From: Eledone cirrhosa
Lineage: Eukaryota
DNA length: 64,000 nucleotides
Assembly (NCBI GenBank): GCA_964016885.1
Contig: OZ024741.1
Coordinates: 23,808,001-23,872,000, forward strand
Direction of reading: 5' to 3'
The notes below the pieces were generated by a model. That model had not been told where the DNA came from. It saw nothing but the letters and a program-made list of their open reading frames with translations, and did not search any database. Of this stretch, positions 11,869-24,536 are shown piece after piece (position 1 is the first letter of the stretch; each line of letters opens with the position of its first letter). Made by a program: the position numbers and the translations under genes.

Positions 11869-11930
11869 CTTCGATGAAATTCACCTTCAATAATCACCAT
11901 TACGCCGGCCTCAGTTTCGAAATGGTTTAT
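11869..11930 (-). other. AURKAIP1: Probable 5' UTR first exon of mS38/AURKAIP1 (upstream end approximate)
   Basis: Consensus donor AG/GTAAGT at 11868-11863 in unique, CpG-containing sequence upstream of the 4140 acceptor. Confidence 0.5.
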
Positions 11931-12619
11931 GTAAAAACTGAACAGGGTACAGTAAAACGAGAAGAAAAAAAACGGAAGGAAAAGAAACGAAATGTTGAAT
12001 GAATGGTTTTCATTGTTTACACTCGCACACACGAAAATATCTTTTTTCTTTACCTATGAATAATCTTTAACACGGTCAGACGCCAAGTGGTAAATAGATT
12101 ATTCTTAATAGCTTAGAGAAGCAAGGGCAATTGCCATTACACATACTTGGGTCTCGAATAATCGCCCCAACCCCACCGCTTATTAATTTTTCAGATTTGT
12201 CCAGTCCACCCCCACCTCCAGTTATTAAATGTTGCTAATTTATCTCTGGCAAAATTTTATTTAAGTGGTAGCATTCCTGTGACAATTAATTTTCTTTATT
12301 AATTAATAAACATTATACATGACAAAAGTACATTACTAGAAATTCCATACGTTATAAGATAAATAGGATGGGTTGGGGTCTGAATATGTAAACTAAACTA
12401 CTAATTCTGTTTTGTTTTTTTAATCAACGGAGACAACCTAGAAAAATTACCGATTTTCCACCATCACTCGCTCTAACGATTTCACGAAACAAAACACAAA
12501 TTTATAACTCTGCAGAACACATCTTTCTTTACCTTTTATCTTTATTAATTTTTTTAAAAGAGGAAATATATTTGTAAGAATGCAAACAAGAACCACTTTA
12601 ATATATTTTACAACTAAAA

Positions 12620-12755
12620 GTTGTTTCTACTTTTGGCACAAGGCCAGCAATTACTCAGTACATTACTGGTACTTTATTTTATCGACCCCGTAAGGATGAA
12701 AGGCAAAGTTTACCTCGGCGGGATTTGAACTTAGACCGTAAAGGGACGTAACTAT
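12620..12755 (-). mobile_element. tRNA-derived SINE (family 2) fragment
   Basis: ggcacaaggccagca..tcgaccccgtaaggatgaaaggcaaag..cctcggcgggatttgaact; related copies at 17160-17300, 17365-17545 and 44280-44480. Confidence 0.75.
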
Positions 12756-12769
12756 GCTGGAAAAAGTGC

Positions 12770-14640
12770 GAAGCTATTTGGTCTCACCAAGCCCAACGGG
12801 GACCTGCGCCCCATTGCGGTTGGCTGCACTCTTCGCAGTCTCACTGGCGGAGGAATTTTCCCCCATCCAGCTGGGGGTGGGTACCAGGTTGGGATGTGAG
12901 GCTGCTGTCTACGCTGCCAGAGCATTTGCCAACTTGCCCTCCTCGTCCCCCAAGGTCATCCTCAAACTTGACCTCAGGAATGCCTTCAACTCCGTCAGCC
13001 GCGACATCGTCCAAGGCTCAGTATGAGAGAGGGTCCCACAACTCTACTACTTTGCTTGGCAGGCTTATCGGGAGCGCTCCTACCTCTCTTTCGGTGACCA
13101 GATCATCACCTCTGCCTCAGGAGTGACCCACTCGAGCCTGCACTGTTTGCACTGGGCATTGATGACGTCACCAAGATGGGCGCTGAGTTGGACCTCAATG
13201 TCTGGTACCTCGACGACACCTGTTTGGGCGGAACTCCGGATATGGTTCTCGCCACCACCAACAGGATGGTGGAGGAGCTTGGCCGCCGGGGTCTCCAGAT
13301 CAATAGCTCCAAATGTGAGCTCTGGATCCTCAACCACCCAACTTCTCAACACCAACAGCTGATCGACCTGTTCGCAGAGTCCTTCCCTTCCATCGCGGTC
13401 CCTCCCCCGTCGGCTTTGGTGCTCCTTAGGCTCCCCAATCACAAACCTGGCCTTCGAGTCAATCTTCCATTCGAACATGGTTGGCCTTGAGCAGCTGCTG
13501 AGGAATATCGAAGTTATTAAACCCCATCAAGGTTTCTTCATACTCAGGAACTACCTGTCTATTCCTAAGCTTCTGTATCTGCTCATGGTCAGCCCCTCTC
13601 ACAGATTTCCGTCCTGCCTCCAACGCTTCGACGATCTAATCTTCGAGAGACTCGAGTGTCTGATCAATGTTAGACTCTCTCCGGAGTCCTGCGATCAGGC
13701 TGCCCAAGCTATTTGGGGGTCTTGGTCTCCATAAGTGTTCGTCCATCTCTCACCCCTGCTTCCTTTCCTCCACCCATGCTTGCTCACCCTGGTGAGCAGC
13801 ATCCTCTCCTCTCCAACAGGGAGTTGGGTGAAGCTCTCCAGCAATGGAGTGAGCTTGGCTTGTCTCTTCCTGAGAAGGTGGAGGACAGTCGAAGTCAGAG
13901 AGCTTGGGACAGCATAAGTTTGAAGGCCACCTTTGACTCCCTCTTCATCCAGTCAGATCAGTTTGTAAGGTGCCGCTTACTATCTGCCAGCGCCAAATAC
14001 TCAGGCGACAGTGGCCTACTCAGCCTGGACGAACTTAGTGTCTCCATCGCCCTCAGAGGGGGAGCCGACGTCTACATGGGTTTGAGGAGCCGATCCGGCA
14101 AACTCCTTAACTCTACAGGCCTCCACGGTCTTTCTTGCCGCCTGAATGCTGGCCGCTTCGCGCGTCACACGGAGCTAAAACTCATTCTGAAGAGAGCTTT
14201 GGCCCAGGCGAATATCCCCTCAGTCTTGGAACCATCTGGGTTGTCCAGAAGTGACAGCAAAAGACCTGACGGTCTTACCCTGTGCCCCTGGTCGAGAGGC
14301 AGGTGCCTTGTCTGGGACGTCACCGTTAGTGACTCCTTTGCTCTTTCCCACACCCTGGATGCTGCGGTTAGGATGAGAGCCACAGCTTCTGCAGCCGAGC
14401 GGAGTAAGACTCTCAAATACTCTGCTCTGTTGGCCAGCTACATTTTTCAGCCTGTGGCTTTCGAGATGTTAGGGGGAGTCGGGCCGCTGACTGTGAGGTT
14501 CCTCTCCTCACTGGCGGCTCGCCTAATAGAGGTGACTGGCGAATCTCGCACGTGTACTTGGCTGTTTCAGCGCATCAGCCTTGCCATCACCCGAGGCAAC
14601 GCTGCGAGTGTGCTGGCTTGCCTCAAAAATCATTAGAGAG
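12770..14640 (+). mobile_element. CRE-clade non-LTR retrotransposon (RT plus restriction-like endonuclease), 5'-truncated and frameshifted
   Basis: QLGVG..GCEAAV, LKLDLRNAFNSVSRD, WYLDD, HGLSC...RH, KRPDG..WDVTV, FQRISLAITRGNA; GC-rich island. Confidence 0.85.
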
Positions 14641-15174
14641 GTTGCCCAGTACTCCTCACTGCTGTCTTTTGCTCTGGTGTTGGCTCCATTGTTCACCCCT
14701 TCTTTTACATTTTCTTTAATATTGTAGCATTGAAGGAATATATCTTTCATTATATCATCCTTTGTAATGTTATTTATGTATATATTTAAAACATACTTAT
14801 TATGTTATTCTACTGTAAATTTATTAATATGCTCTGTTTATATTTTCCTTCTGAAGGAACTTATCCACTTGTGTTGATATAAGTGATTTTATGACTTTCC
14901 TGTAAGCATTGTGTCAATAACTAAAATAGATGGAGGTAGGCTGAAATGAAATTCATTTCTTTGAAACACTTAAATGTTCGTTTATCAAAGATTTCTCTCG
15001 ACTGTCATTTTGAAAAGTAAAACAAATAATGAAAAGCTAATGAATGATTTACAATTTTTTTAAAATGGTATTATTATTATAGAACACTCCTATCGATTTC
15101 AGGGGGAAATAATTATTTCCCCTCGTTTTCTTTGTGTGCTATCAACTAATTTGACCTCTGAACATACCGCAAGA

Positions 15175-15440
15175 AGTGAGAAGTATACTAACAAGTAACT
15201 GAGTCGAGTTGAGTGATGGAGTGAGAAGTATACTAACAGGGATTCAGTCGAGTTGAGTGATGGAGTGAGAAGTATACTAGAAGGTGACTGAGTCGAGTTG
15301 AACAATGGAGTGAGGAATAAACTAAAAGGAGATTCAGTCGAATTGAGTGAAGGAGTGAGAAGTATACTAAAAAGGGACTCAGTTGAGTTGAGTGAAGGAG
15401 TAAGAAGTATACTAGAAGGTAACTCAGTCGAGTTGAGCAA
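15175..15440. repeat. 45-bp tandem repeat x6
   Basis: gagtgagaagtatacta..tcagtcgagttgagtgatg units. Confidence 0.85.
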
Positions 15441-15784
15441 TGAAGTCATATTTCAAATGAAAGATATTGCCTGTGATTTTCAAATACTTTTGAAAATAAT
15501 CAAGAATTTGATTAGATTTATTTATATAACTTTCTCATTTTTAAGCTGATGTTTGAAACATAACTTAACAAAGGTTCTGTATTGGAGTATTGTATTGTAG
15601 AACCAGGAGTAGTTTCAGGTGGATTGGTATCAAAAGGGTTAAAACACTACCCAAGTTACAAATTAATTTTTACAGAAAGACAGAAATCTGTTTACCCAGG
15701 TTTCTTTTTTTTTTCTGATAGCTACAGTAATATATTTTATTTGTTCAACAAGTGAAGTTGAAAGGTTTCATGATAAATCTCAGC

Positions 15785-15940
15785 TGAGTCGCTGACAGCA
15801 AAGTTCTTGGCATTGTTAGGGGCTCACCATACCCAGTTGTCAGGTGACACTCGTGAAGAGTGCTTGGTTGCTTCAGCGCCTTCGCCATGTCACATGGTAA
15901 TGCTGTGAGCACGTTGGCTTGCCTTAAAAAGTTCTGATGA
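15785..15940 (+). mobile_element. Second, older CRE 3' end fragment
   Basis: Homologous to 14480-14640 (WLLQR..GNA.S.LACLK). Confidence 0.65.
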
Positions 15941-16164
15941 TCCTTGTGGTATGTGACTGATTGATGCTCTTACAGGTTTTTTTTCACTTTGATTGTATAT
16001 TTTTGTTTATTATACTTATAAGGTTCCAAGCAATAATTGATTTCATGCCTGTACTTCTATTTAGTCGTATATATCTCTAGACTATTAATTTCCCAGAATG
16101 TTTGAAATAAAACTTTAGTTTCTGAATGTGAAAATGATGCAAAGTATCGTAGAATTGCTTCTTT

Positions 16165-16830
16165 TTCTTCGCCCACTTATTTCTGAAAGGGTCGTTGGAG
16201 CAGAGTCCGCAAACACTCCTTCCAGCAGGTCCTGTCAGAAGCAACCATTTCCGACTGATCTGGCTGCATCCCCAAGCGAAACCAGCCAAGCTCATAGATA
16301 TCATCCAACCATCTTGCTCGGGGTCTACCCCTGAGTCTCCTGCCAGTTGGTTTAGCCTGTAAAGTCTGTCCAGCGATTCTTTCCTTAGACATTCTAACCA
16401 CATGCCCATAGTATCGGAGCTGTGATTTCTCAATTCGGAGAAGTAGCAACTCTCTGATCTCTGAGTTACGCATTACTCTAATGACCCTTTAGAGGAACCC
16501 CATTTCAGCCGCTTGTATTTGCAATCGTATTCTTTTGGTCATTATGCAAGATTCATTACCAAGGGTAAGGGTTGGCACAAATACTGAATTGAAGACAGTG
16601 AGTTTGGCTTTTACGCCTACCTCCCTTCTTCTCATTACTGAAGCTGGCGCATTACTGCACTAGCTTTTGTAATTCTTACACTTAATTCAGCCTCCTATCA
16701 CTCGTGAACATGGCCCTGAGATACTTGAACTTCTCCGCCTGCTTCAGTGAAACTCCATTCACATGTGGCATGCACTGTGCAGGCTTCCTTGAGAGGACGA
16801 GTGTCTCAGTTTTCACAGCACTGATGAACA
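16165..16830 (-). mobile_element. RTE LINE 3' portion
   Basis: KTETLVLSRK..EKFKYL..RIEKSQLRYYGHVVRM..GRPRARWLD. Confidence 0.8.
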
Positions 16831-16834
16831 ATGA

Positions 16835-17040
16835 GGTTTTCACCCTAGACACCTTCAAGAAATCATAGAAGTATTGCCAAAAGGTATATTCTTGTTTTGT
16901 AGACCTCAAAAAAGCATATGTTCCTCGGGACCTGCTGTGGAAGGTTCTGCAGGAGTATCAGATCAATGGTCAGCTTCTTGTTGCTCTGATGTCTCTATAT
17001 GAATGCCCAAGTATTTGTGTTAGGATGAATGGTGCTAAAA
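16835..17040 (+). mobile_element. RTE RT N-terminal fragment, inverted relative to the adjacent LINE
   Basis: YSCFVDLKKAY..VPRDLLWKVLQEY..LMSLY..VRMNG. Confidence 0.75.
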
Positions 17041-18346
17041 TTCAAAGAATTGCTGTTTTGTGCAATTATTTACAATCATAGGCAAAGAATGACAAGAAAA
17101 GACTTGTGTAATCCTGCACCACACAAGAAATCTCAGTAAAAATACATCTTGTATATAATAATAGTTTCTGATTCAGGCACAAGGCCAACAATTTTGTGGC
17201 GAGGGGAAAGTCGATTAAATCGACACCAGTACGTAACTGGTATTTTATTTTATCAATCCCCTAATGATGAAAAGCAAAGCTAACCTCGGCGAGATTAGCT
17301 TGTATATAAGTACTGGATGTTGATGCTGAAGTCATTGTATTTTTGTTTTGTTATATAGACATATAATAATTGTTTCTACTTTTGGCACAAGGCTAGCAAT
17401 TACTCCAGTGCATTACTGGTACTTTATTTTATCGATCTAGTAAGGATGAAAGGCAAAGTTAACCTCGGCGAGATTTGAACTCAGAACGTAAAGGGTCATA
17501 ACTCTGTGCTGCAAAGCATGGTGTCTGACACTCTACCAATACTGCCAATATGCCTATGCACCAAGCTAGTTCTCTTGTATAACGTGCATCTGTGATTTTA
17601 AGGTTTATAAATCTGTAACAGATTTTTATTGAATAAATACGATAAAATACAAACCTACTCAAAAGTAACTAAAAACTATTGATTCATCTCAATTTTTCCC
17701 AGCATTTCTGCAAAGTTATTCCAGCATATATCCGAACAATATAATTTTCACAATACAGACAGTGACTTAAACGCTTATCAATAATCCAAACGACATTCTA
17801 TAGAAAGTAAAATTATACGTACCAGAGATTTCCGTTCTTTTATGGGCGACCATAATGATAGATTTCACTCACATTTTTTCATTCCGATTATTTCCTCTGT
17901 AATTATTTTCATTTCATTTTATTTTATTCTAAGTAAAATATCGAACTAATACAAGAATATTTTAAACCGTAAGAACACCAACAGATTTAACGGTGTACTG
18001 GGAACTAAATCCTTTGTTTAATTTTTGCTACATCTTTCAATTAAACAAAATATATTTTTATGTTACTTAAAATATATATAACCAGTGTTTTAGATATAAT
18101 ATGTTCATGTTGTTTTTAATGAATTCAATAGAAATATAAAAGAACATGAAAATATTTAATAAAGTAATGAAATATGTAGCTTCTGGTGTTTACTAGAATT
18201 CGTAGTTATTTCCCTTGAATACTTATTGTTTTCTGTGTTCAGGCACTGAATTCGGTGTAACGAGGACATTTTCATTTTGCCAGTGCAACAAAGAAAAAAA
18301 AATTCGAACTTTCTATTAGTTAAATATGAAAAAAAAAAAAAAAATC

Positions 18347-18985
18347 GGCGATATCCAATTTTAGCTGTCTAAATGCCGCTTACTTGCTGCAGTTGCTGCT
18401 TACTTCAATGTATGTGGCTATTCCAACAAATTTACAATCCCCCTTTTTTTTAGCCGTTAAAAGAAATATAGATTTTTTTTTTTTTTTTTTTTTTTGCGAT
18501 TTTTTAGAGAGGGGGGTGCTCCCTTCTTCTCTTACCTGTACAAGCCGATATAGAGAGATGGCCCACGTACACGGGCCATTATTGCTACTTTCATCCATCT
18601 TTCATGGAATTGGCTGTGACTGATTGTCTTTTTCTCCAAGAGGACCATTTGTTGGCCGGCGCCATATCCCACAGTTTCCTCGTTGCAAACGCATCTGGGA
18701 CATTTCTTTTCCAAGGGGTTTCCGTCCCGGAATCCGTGTCTGTAGAGCCTTTCCCGAACGGTATAATAGTAAGTATTAGTGGTTGTAATAAAAATGCAGT
18801 AAGAGAAGAAGGGAGCACCCACCTCTCTAATAAATCGCAAAAAAAAAAAAATAAATAAATCTATATTTCTTTTAACGGCTAAAAAAAAGGGGGAATGTAA
18901 ATTTATTGGAATAGCCTCATACATTGAAGTAAGCAGCAACTGCAGCAAGTAAGCGACATTTAGACAGCTAAAATTGGATATCGCC
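18347..18985. mobile_element. MITE with ~190-bp TIRs and 8-bp TSD (Merlin- or Mutator-like)
   Basis: GGCGATATCC...GGATATCGCC; TSD aaaaaatc at 18339-18346 and 18986-18993. Confidence 0.85.
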
Positions 18986-19349
18986 AAAAAATCAATCAAA
19001 TATATTTATAATGATATTCATATTCAGAATTTAAAAAAGAGGGATTCAAATCACTTATATAGACACATTTTTAAACACATGTAATAAATACAATTAATCA
19101 TTGCTGGGAACCTCACAAATATACCACATAAAAATATACGATCAAAGCGAGAGAAAAAGAAAAGGAAGGAAAAAACAAACAAAAACATATAACATAATTC
19201 TAGTACGAAGCAAACGTATAATTTTTTTTTTTTTTATTCCTTAGTCTGTTATTTTATCGATTTTGTTTTGTTGAATAACTTTGATATCAAACACACTATC
19301 CCAAGTATCGAGTACTCTCTCTTACTAGTTTAAAACTTTTAAAATCCTG

Positions 19350-19426
<77 letters not shown>

Positions 19427-19436
19427 ATTAAAAAAA

Positions 19437-19680
19437 AACGGAGAATCAGTGGTGCGACGAATTGAAATTTATTAGACATATTACAATCGTTTCAATCTGG
19501 CACCAGCTCGAGGCACGATCGAGGCCGCCAGAGAAACAATTGTAATATGTCTAATAAATTTTAATTCGTCGCACCACTGATTCTCCGTTCCTTATATGAT
19601 ATTATACTCTGCTCTGTAAGAGCATCGAGTGCTCAAACGGCCTACCGCATACGGACACTTTAAGCATCCCACGCCAATTA
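19437..19680 (+). mobile_element. (TA)n-flanked fold-back element with tail
   Basis: Inverted arms 19437-19493 and 19533-19589; right arm has GAAAC-aatt-GTA and AATAAA; bulged hairpin at 19606-19630. Confidence 0.75.
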
Positions 19681-19986
19681 TATATATATATGTTCACTGC
19701 ACTTTCGCAAACATGGAATCGTTTGCCAGCGACATATCAACTCACTCATATAATTGTGTTAACATATGATGATGTCACACTAATGCCGGTTGCTGATGTA
19801 GTGATTGCATAACAGCTCCATACTGGTATCACTGAAGTACGTATAATCCAATAAATACAATTATGTAACAACTCTCTTTACTTTTATTTCATACACATAT
19901 GTATATAACTTATGCCAAAGTCTCCCAAAGGGAAGAAGATGTCTTGTATATCAACGACAAAATATTTTCTGTTGATTATATATATA

Positions 19987-21320
19987 TCATCATCATCATC
20001 ATCGTTTAACATCCATCTTCCATGCTTGCATGGGTTTGGACGGGAGTTTTCCCACTTGAAGCAAGATTGGTTGTCTTGCTCGTATAGGACTGTCTGGCGG
20101 GTTTTCTATGGCTGGATGCTCTTCCTAACACCAACCACGTTTACAGTGTGGACTGGGAGGTTTTTACTATGTTACCTACACGGCCACATTACAGCGTGGA
20201 CTGTGTGTTTTTTTGTCATGACACCTACATGACCTCATTTGTTTCGGACTGGATGTTGTGGTACCAACATAACTTCACATTGAAAGGGGTGGTGTGGATG
20301 GAGTGGGGGTAGTGGGACAGGAGTGTATTTTTGTTAGAGGTGCCTACTGACTGTAGGCTTCGCTTTGTACTTAGGCAAGGCGGGTCTTCTGTATTACTGT
20401 GTAGCGCCAAAGATCTCGGTCCAGTGACATTGTCTTGGAGAGGTGTAAGTGTGTGAGGTCGGAATTTATTAAGTCGTCCCAGGTTTTTCTGGGTCTGCCT
20501 ACTCCGTGACTACCGTCTATTTTTATCACCCTGCACTTTTTTTATATAGCTGTCCTCTTTCATACGCATCACGTGACCGTACCAACGTAGTCTTCTCTCG
20601 AGTAAACAACATCTGATCCCTCTTATTCCTAATTTCTCCCTTAGTTCGTTTATGCTTTGCCGTTCACGTATATTACTATTACACATCCAACGGAGCATGC
20701 AAGCTTCGTTCCTCTCCAGTCTGCGTATATCCTCTGCACACAATGCCCAGGTCTCACTGCCATGTAACATTGCTGTTCGTATGCAGGCATGATACAGCCT
20801 GCCTTTCATTTTTAGAGAGAACCCTTTAGTGGCCAATAGTGGTATAAGCTCTCTGAACTTTTTCCATCCCGTTCTGACTCTAGCTACTGTACTTTCAGAG
20901 CACCCTCCCCCACTGCTGATTTTGTCACCCAGGTAACGGAAGGTGTCCACTATTTCTATAGAACCATCTGTGCAATGGAATGAGCTAGTATTCTGTGGGC
21001 ACTTGTTGCTACTTATTGCACCAGAGCACCGGCCACATATAAAATCTATATTCTTAGTTAGCTTACCTGTGATCCCACTACATCTTTTATGCACCCATAC
21101 TTTGCATTTGGGCCATAAAATGGAGTTTCTGCCTACTCCTTTCCTACACACTGATCATGGCCATTTCCCAGATGGCACCGGTGCCCTATTTTCCTTCCTA
21201 CAAACTAGAACTTTAGTCTTAGACAAATTAACTTTAAGGGCTTTTGATTCTAGGCCATGCTTCCATGTTTGGAATTTCTTCTCTAGTTCAGCCATTGATT
21301 CAGCTATAAGCGTTAGATCA
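19987..21320 (-). mobile_element. RTE LINE 3' part with PHD-like Cys insert and 3' UTR
   Basis: ORF 20510-21151: C..C..WVHKRCSG..C..C, FRYLGD, AMLHGSETW, WYGHVMRM; (ATG)n tail. Confidence 0.9.
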
Positions 21321-21789
21321 TCATATATATATATATAATAACTAGAGATTGATTAACATATAAATAAACATGAATAATCACAGGAGATAATTTTTACAAG
21401 TGTGTAACCACACATAGCTAGGTAGGTAACTAAATAAAGTTGACCAGAACTTCAAAAATGATTAATCTTCCCTGTATATATTCTATTAAAGAAATATATT
21501 TCACCAATTAATCAGATGGTAAACCACAGAAGTGGATACTTGGATTTTCAACAAGGAAGAATTTTTCAGCAATCCGTGTTTACACTTCAAGTTCAAATCA
21601 GCGACCGGCCAGCACGTGTTGTATTTACTAGAAATACACACATCATACTAGCTTCATCCCAGTGGCGTGAAAAGGGTTATCGACAACTAGAAACAGCAGT
21701 CGAGTCCTTTCAACAGAGTTAGCTCTACAATTAAGGAGCCGTATTTATATATCTATAGCCAATATTTGTCAATATTTCGAGGTGTTGAA

Positions 21790-22130
21790 TCGTGGGAAGA
21801 TTAACATGAATTAAGAAGATCTAACTTCTCCCCCATTATTGACACTAGCAACAGTGAATGTTACAAGGCCCTCTTTATCCGACTTATTATGGCGTATTTT
21901 CTCGGGTTATGTCTACTATAGGGGGAAAAAAGGATGGTTTTATTGAATTGCTTCAGTCATTCGAAGGGCTTTACAAATGGTGATATAGAGGGTGCTTGAA
22001 CAGTACATGAATATGTTCACTCGGTTATCATTTCTTCAATAATTGTGATGACTTCCTCAATTGTTCTGTGTTTGTTCTTGAGCACTAAGTTTGCTATAAA
22101 TTTGTTGAATAAGTTTGATACTCTTCGAGC
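21790..22130 (-). pseudogene. Possible degenerate Penelope-like RT C-terminal (thumb) fragment
   Basis: Minus translation LFSPYSRHNPRKYAIISRIKRAL resembles the PLE S.HP...K..II....RA motif; multiple stops. Confidence 0.35.
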
Positions 22131-23402
22131 TCAAACTTCCCCGGCTTATTCATTCTGAATGAAGAAAGCTGGATGGAAGAAGGACTTATGACTTAAACAG
22201 CTATTGATAGTTCCACACAAAAAATTGATCTGCCTTAAAAACACCGAGCAAAGTTTGCTATTGAAAATCCAGTATGGGCACCCAGGGTCGCTAGCATTTT
22301 CAGGCGTATTCTAGGAACTACGAATAACCCCACCTTTCCTGGGTATTACCGGGTACTGCAACCAATTAATTATAAATAAATGCTCGGAAAACTTCAGTTC
22401 TTGTCGGAAAACTTCAGTTTGCCAAAACGTTTCATAGGGTATTTAGTTAAATTTTAAATAAAATTTGATAGACTATTAAATAAGTAATATAAAGTTTCTT
22501 TATATATAGTTTTTAAGCTATTTTATTTCTAAATCGTTAATAAAACTAAATAGACCAAATAAGTATTACATTATTTCTTCATTATAACTTTTACATCTAT
22601 TTTAACTTTAATTAATATATAAGTGAATTAATTTTAATATAAATTGACAAATTAGGCATTATAATCCATGCATTTTTCCTTTGAACTAAATTATTAATCC
22701 AATATCCTGGTACCCTAGCCAGTTATAAAAATAGCAATAGCAATTGTTAAATAATTTCTTCCACTCATATATCCTCTATCATAAAATTGTAAACATAGAT
22801 AAATTAGGCAACAACAAATACATCTTTTCCTTTGAACCAATTGATTAATGCCATATAATAATAACCTAGCCAGTTCTAAAAATAGCAATGCCAATTGTTA
22901 AATATGTTTTTCCACTCTCATAATATCTGCTAAAAAATAATTGTAAGCATAAACTAAGATAAATTGTCTTGAAATTAGTAATTTATAAAATTTTCTCTAT
23001 TATATAGTTACATTATTACTTTAGCATCTTCGAATAAATTTTTGGTATAGTATCTAATTTAATCTAACATAAGGTATAATTAAATAGACTAACGGTCAAT
23101 ATTTGTTTTTGTTTTGATTTTTTTTTTTACCAATCCGGTAACATCATACTCTTGCCAATTCAAAAACTTCAATACCAACTGTAATATTTCTCCCAATTAT
23201 GTATCTTCTGTGTTGAGGCTGTTTTTTCCAAGCATATGCTTGCCGGCTACAGATCTGAACAGCTCGTCTAACTGACTGCATATCAAATGATTTCTGCATC
23301 TCCCGTGGATTTTATCTGAAGAGAACATGTTTTGGCTTATTTTATACATGAGCCTTGCATCTTCGAAATACGTATAATAAAATAATTTGGGATAGTCTAA
23401 CG

Positions 23403-23719
23403 CAGGGGTGTGCAACATATTCCATTGGTGGGCCACTTTTGAACATTGGAACAACTATTAGGGCCAGTCACTGTCAAAAATATGTAATCAATGTAAACCA
23501 CATCTTCTTTCCATAACATGGAACTGGGAAATTATAACACATATAACCTTATCAGTGGAGCTCTTTAGTATAAGTCAACTAACAGAAAATTGTATTACAG
23601 TTACGAAAAAAATTCTAAATAAGCCTACAAGGTAAAAATTAAAAATGGTCATCGCAGGCTACTCTGACTGGTCTGGCAGGCCAGATTGTGGCCCGCAGTC
23701 TGTCTGTTGCACGTCCCTG
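23403..23719. mobile_element. hAT (Charlie-like) MITE
   Basis: TIRs CAGGGGTGTGCAAC / GTTGCACGTCCCTG; 8-bp TSD gtctaacg / gtctaaag. Confidence 0.85.
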
Positions 23720-23831
23720 GTCTAAAGTAACTGTCTTTCATTTATTATTATATATATATATATACATATTTATTATATATATATTATATATATATATACA
23801 TATTTATTATATATATATATATATATATATA

Positions 23832-23967
23832 CATTATTTCTGAAGACAGCATATATATGTGTAGGTATGTATATTCCCTCTAATAGCTTGTAAAACTTTT
23901 ACATAGATCTATATGATATACATACCAACACACACATATATATCCTAGAAACCATCGTAAAATGATG
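23832..23967 (+). ncRNA. Type I hammerhead ribozyme motif with ~100-nt stem II
   Basis: cattattt CTGAAGA [long hairpin] GAAA c catc GTA aaatgatg; between (TA)n tracts; paralog at 34187-34333. Confidence 0.65.
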
Positions 23968-24020
23968 AATTTTTTAATATAAGGAACTGTTTTCTTTGTT
24001 TTTATTCATTATTTTTATTA

Positions 24021-24075
<55 letters not shown>

Positions 24076-24536
24076 GAAGTTATATTTATATGTAGAAGTT
24101 ATATTTAATTTGTTGGGATACAACAAGCAAATATTTTTATAACTGATATAAAGCACTCAACAAATTTTTAGAGTAAAAATACAGTATATTATTTTTAGAA
24201 TTATATTGCTTGAAAATTACATTGCTTAAAAATATAATTCCTTTTAAAATTATATAATTATATCTTTTTAAAAAATTGTAATTCCTTTTAAAATTATAAT
24301 CCTTTTTAAAATTATAACTCATATTTTATTTTATATTATGTATTTTGTATTTATATATATATATGTGTATGTGTGTATATGTATGTATATATATATATAT
24401 GTGTGTATATATGCGTATGTATACATGTATGTATGTCTGTGTATATGTGTGTGTATATATATAGAAATGTATAATTTGAATACATTCTATGAATGAACTC
24501 ATATAAAAGGTTTTTTTACGGTTTATGCTTTAGATA

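Noticed and set aside
21640-21720. Hammerhead near GAAAC-agca-GTC
   Set aside because: No upstream CUGANGA core found
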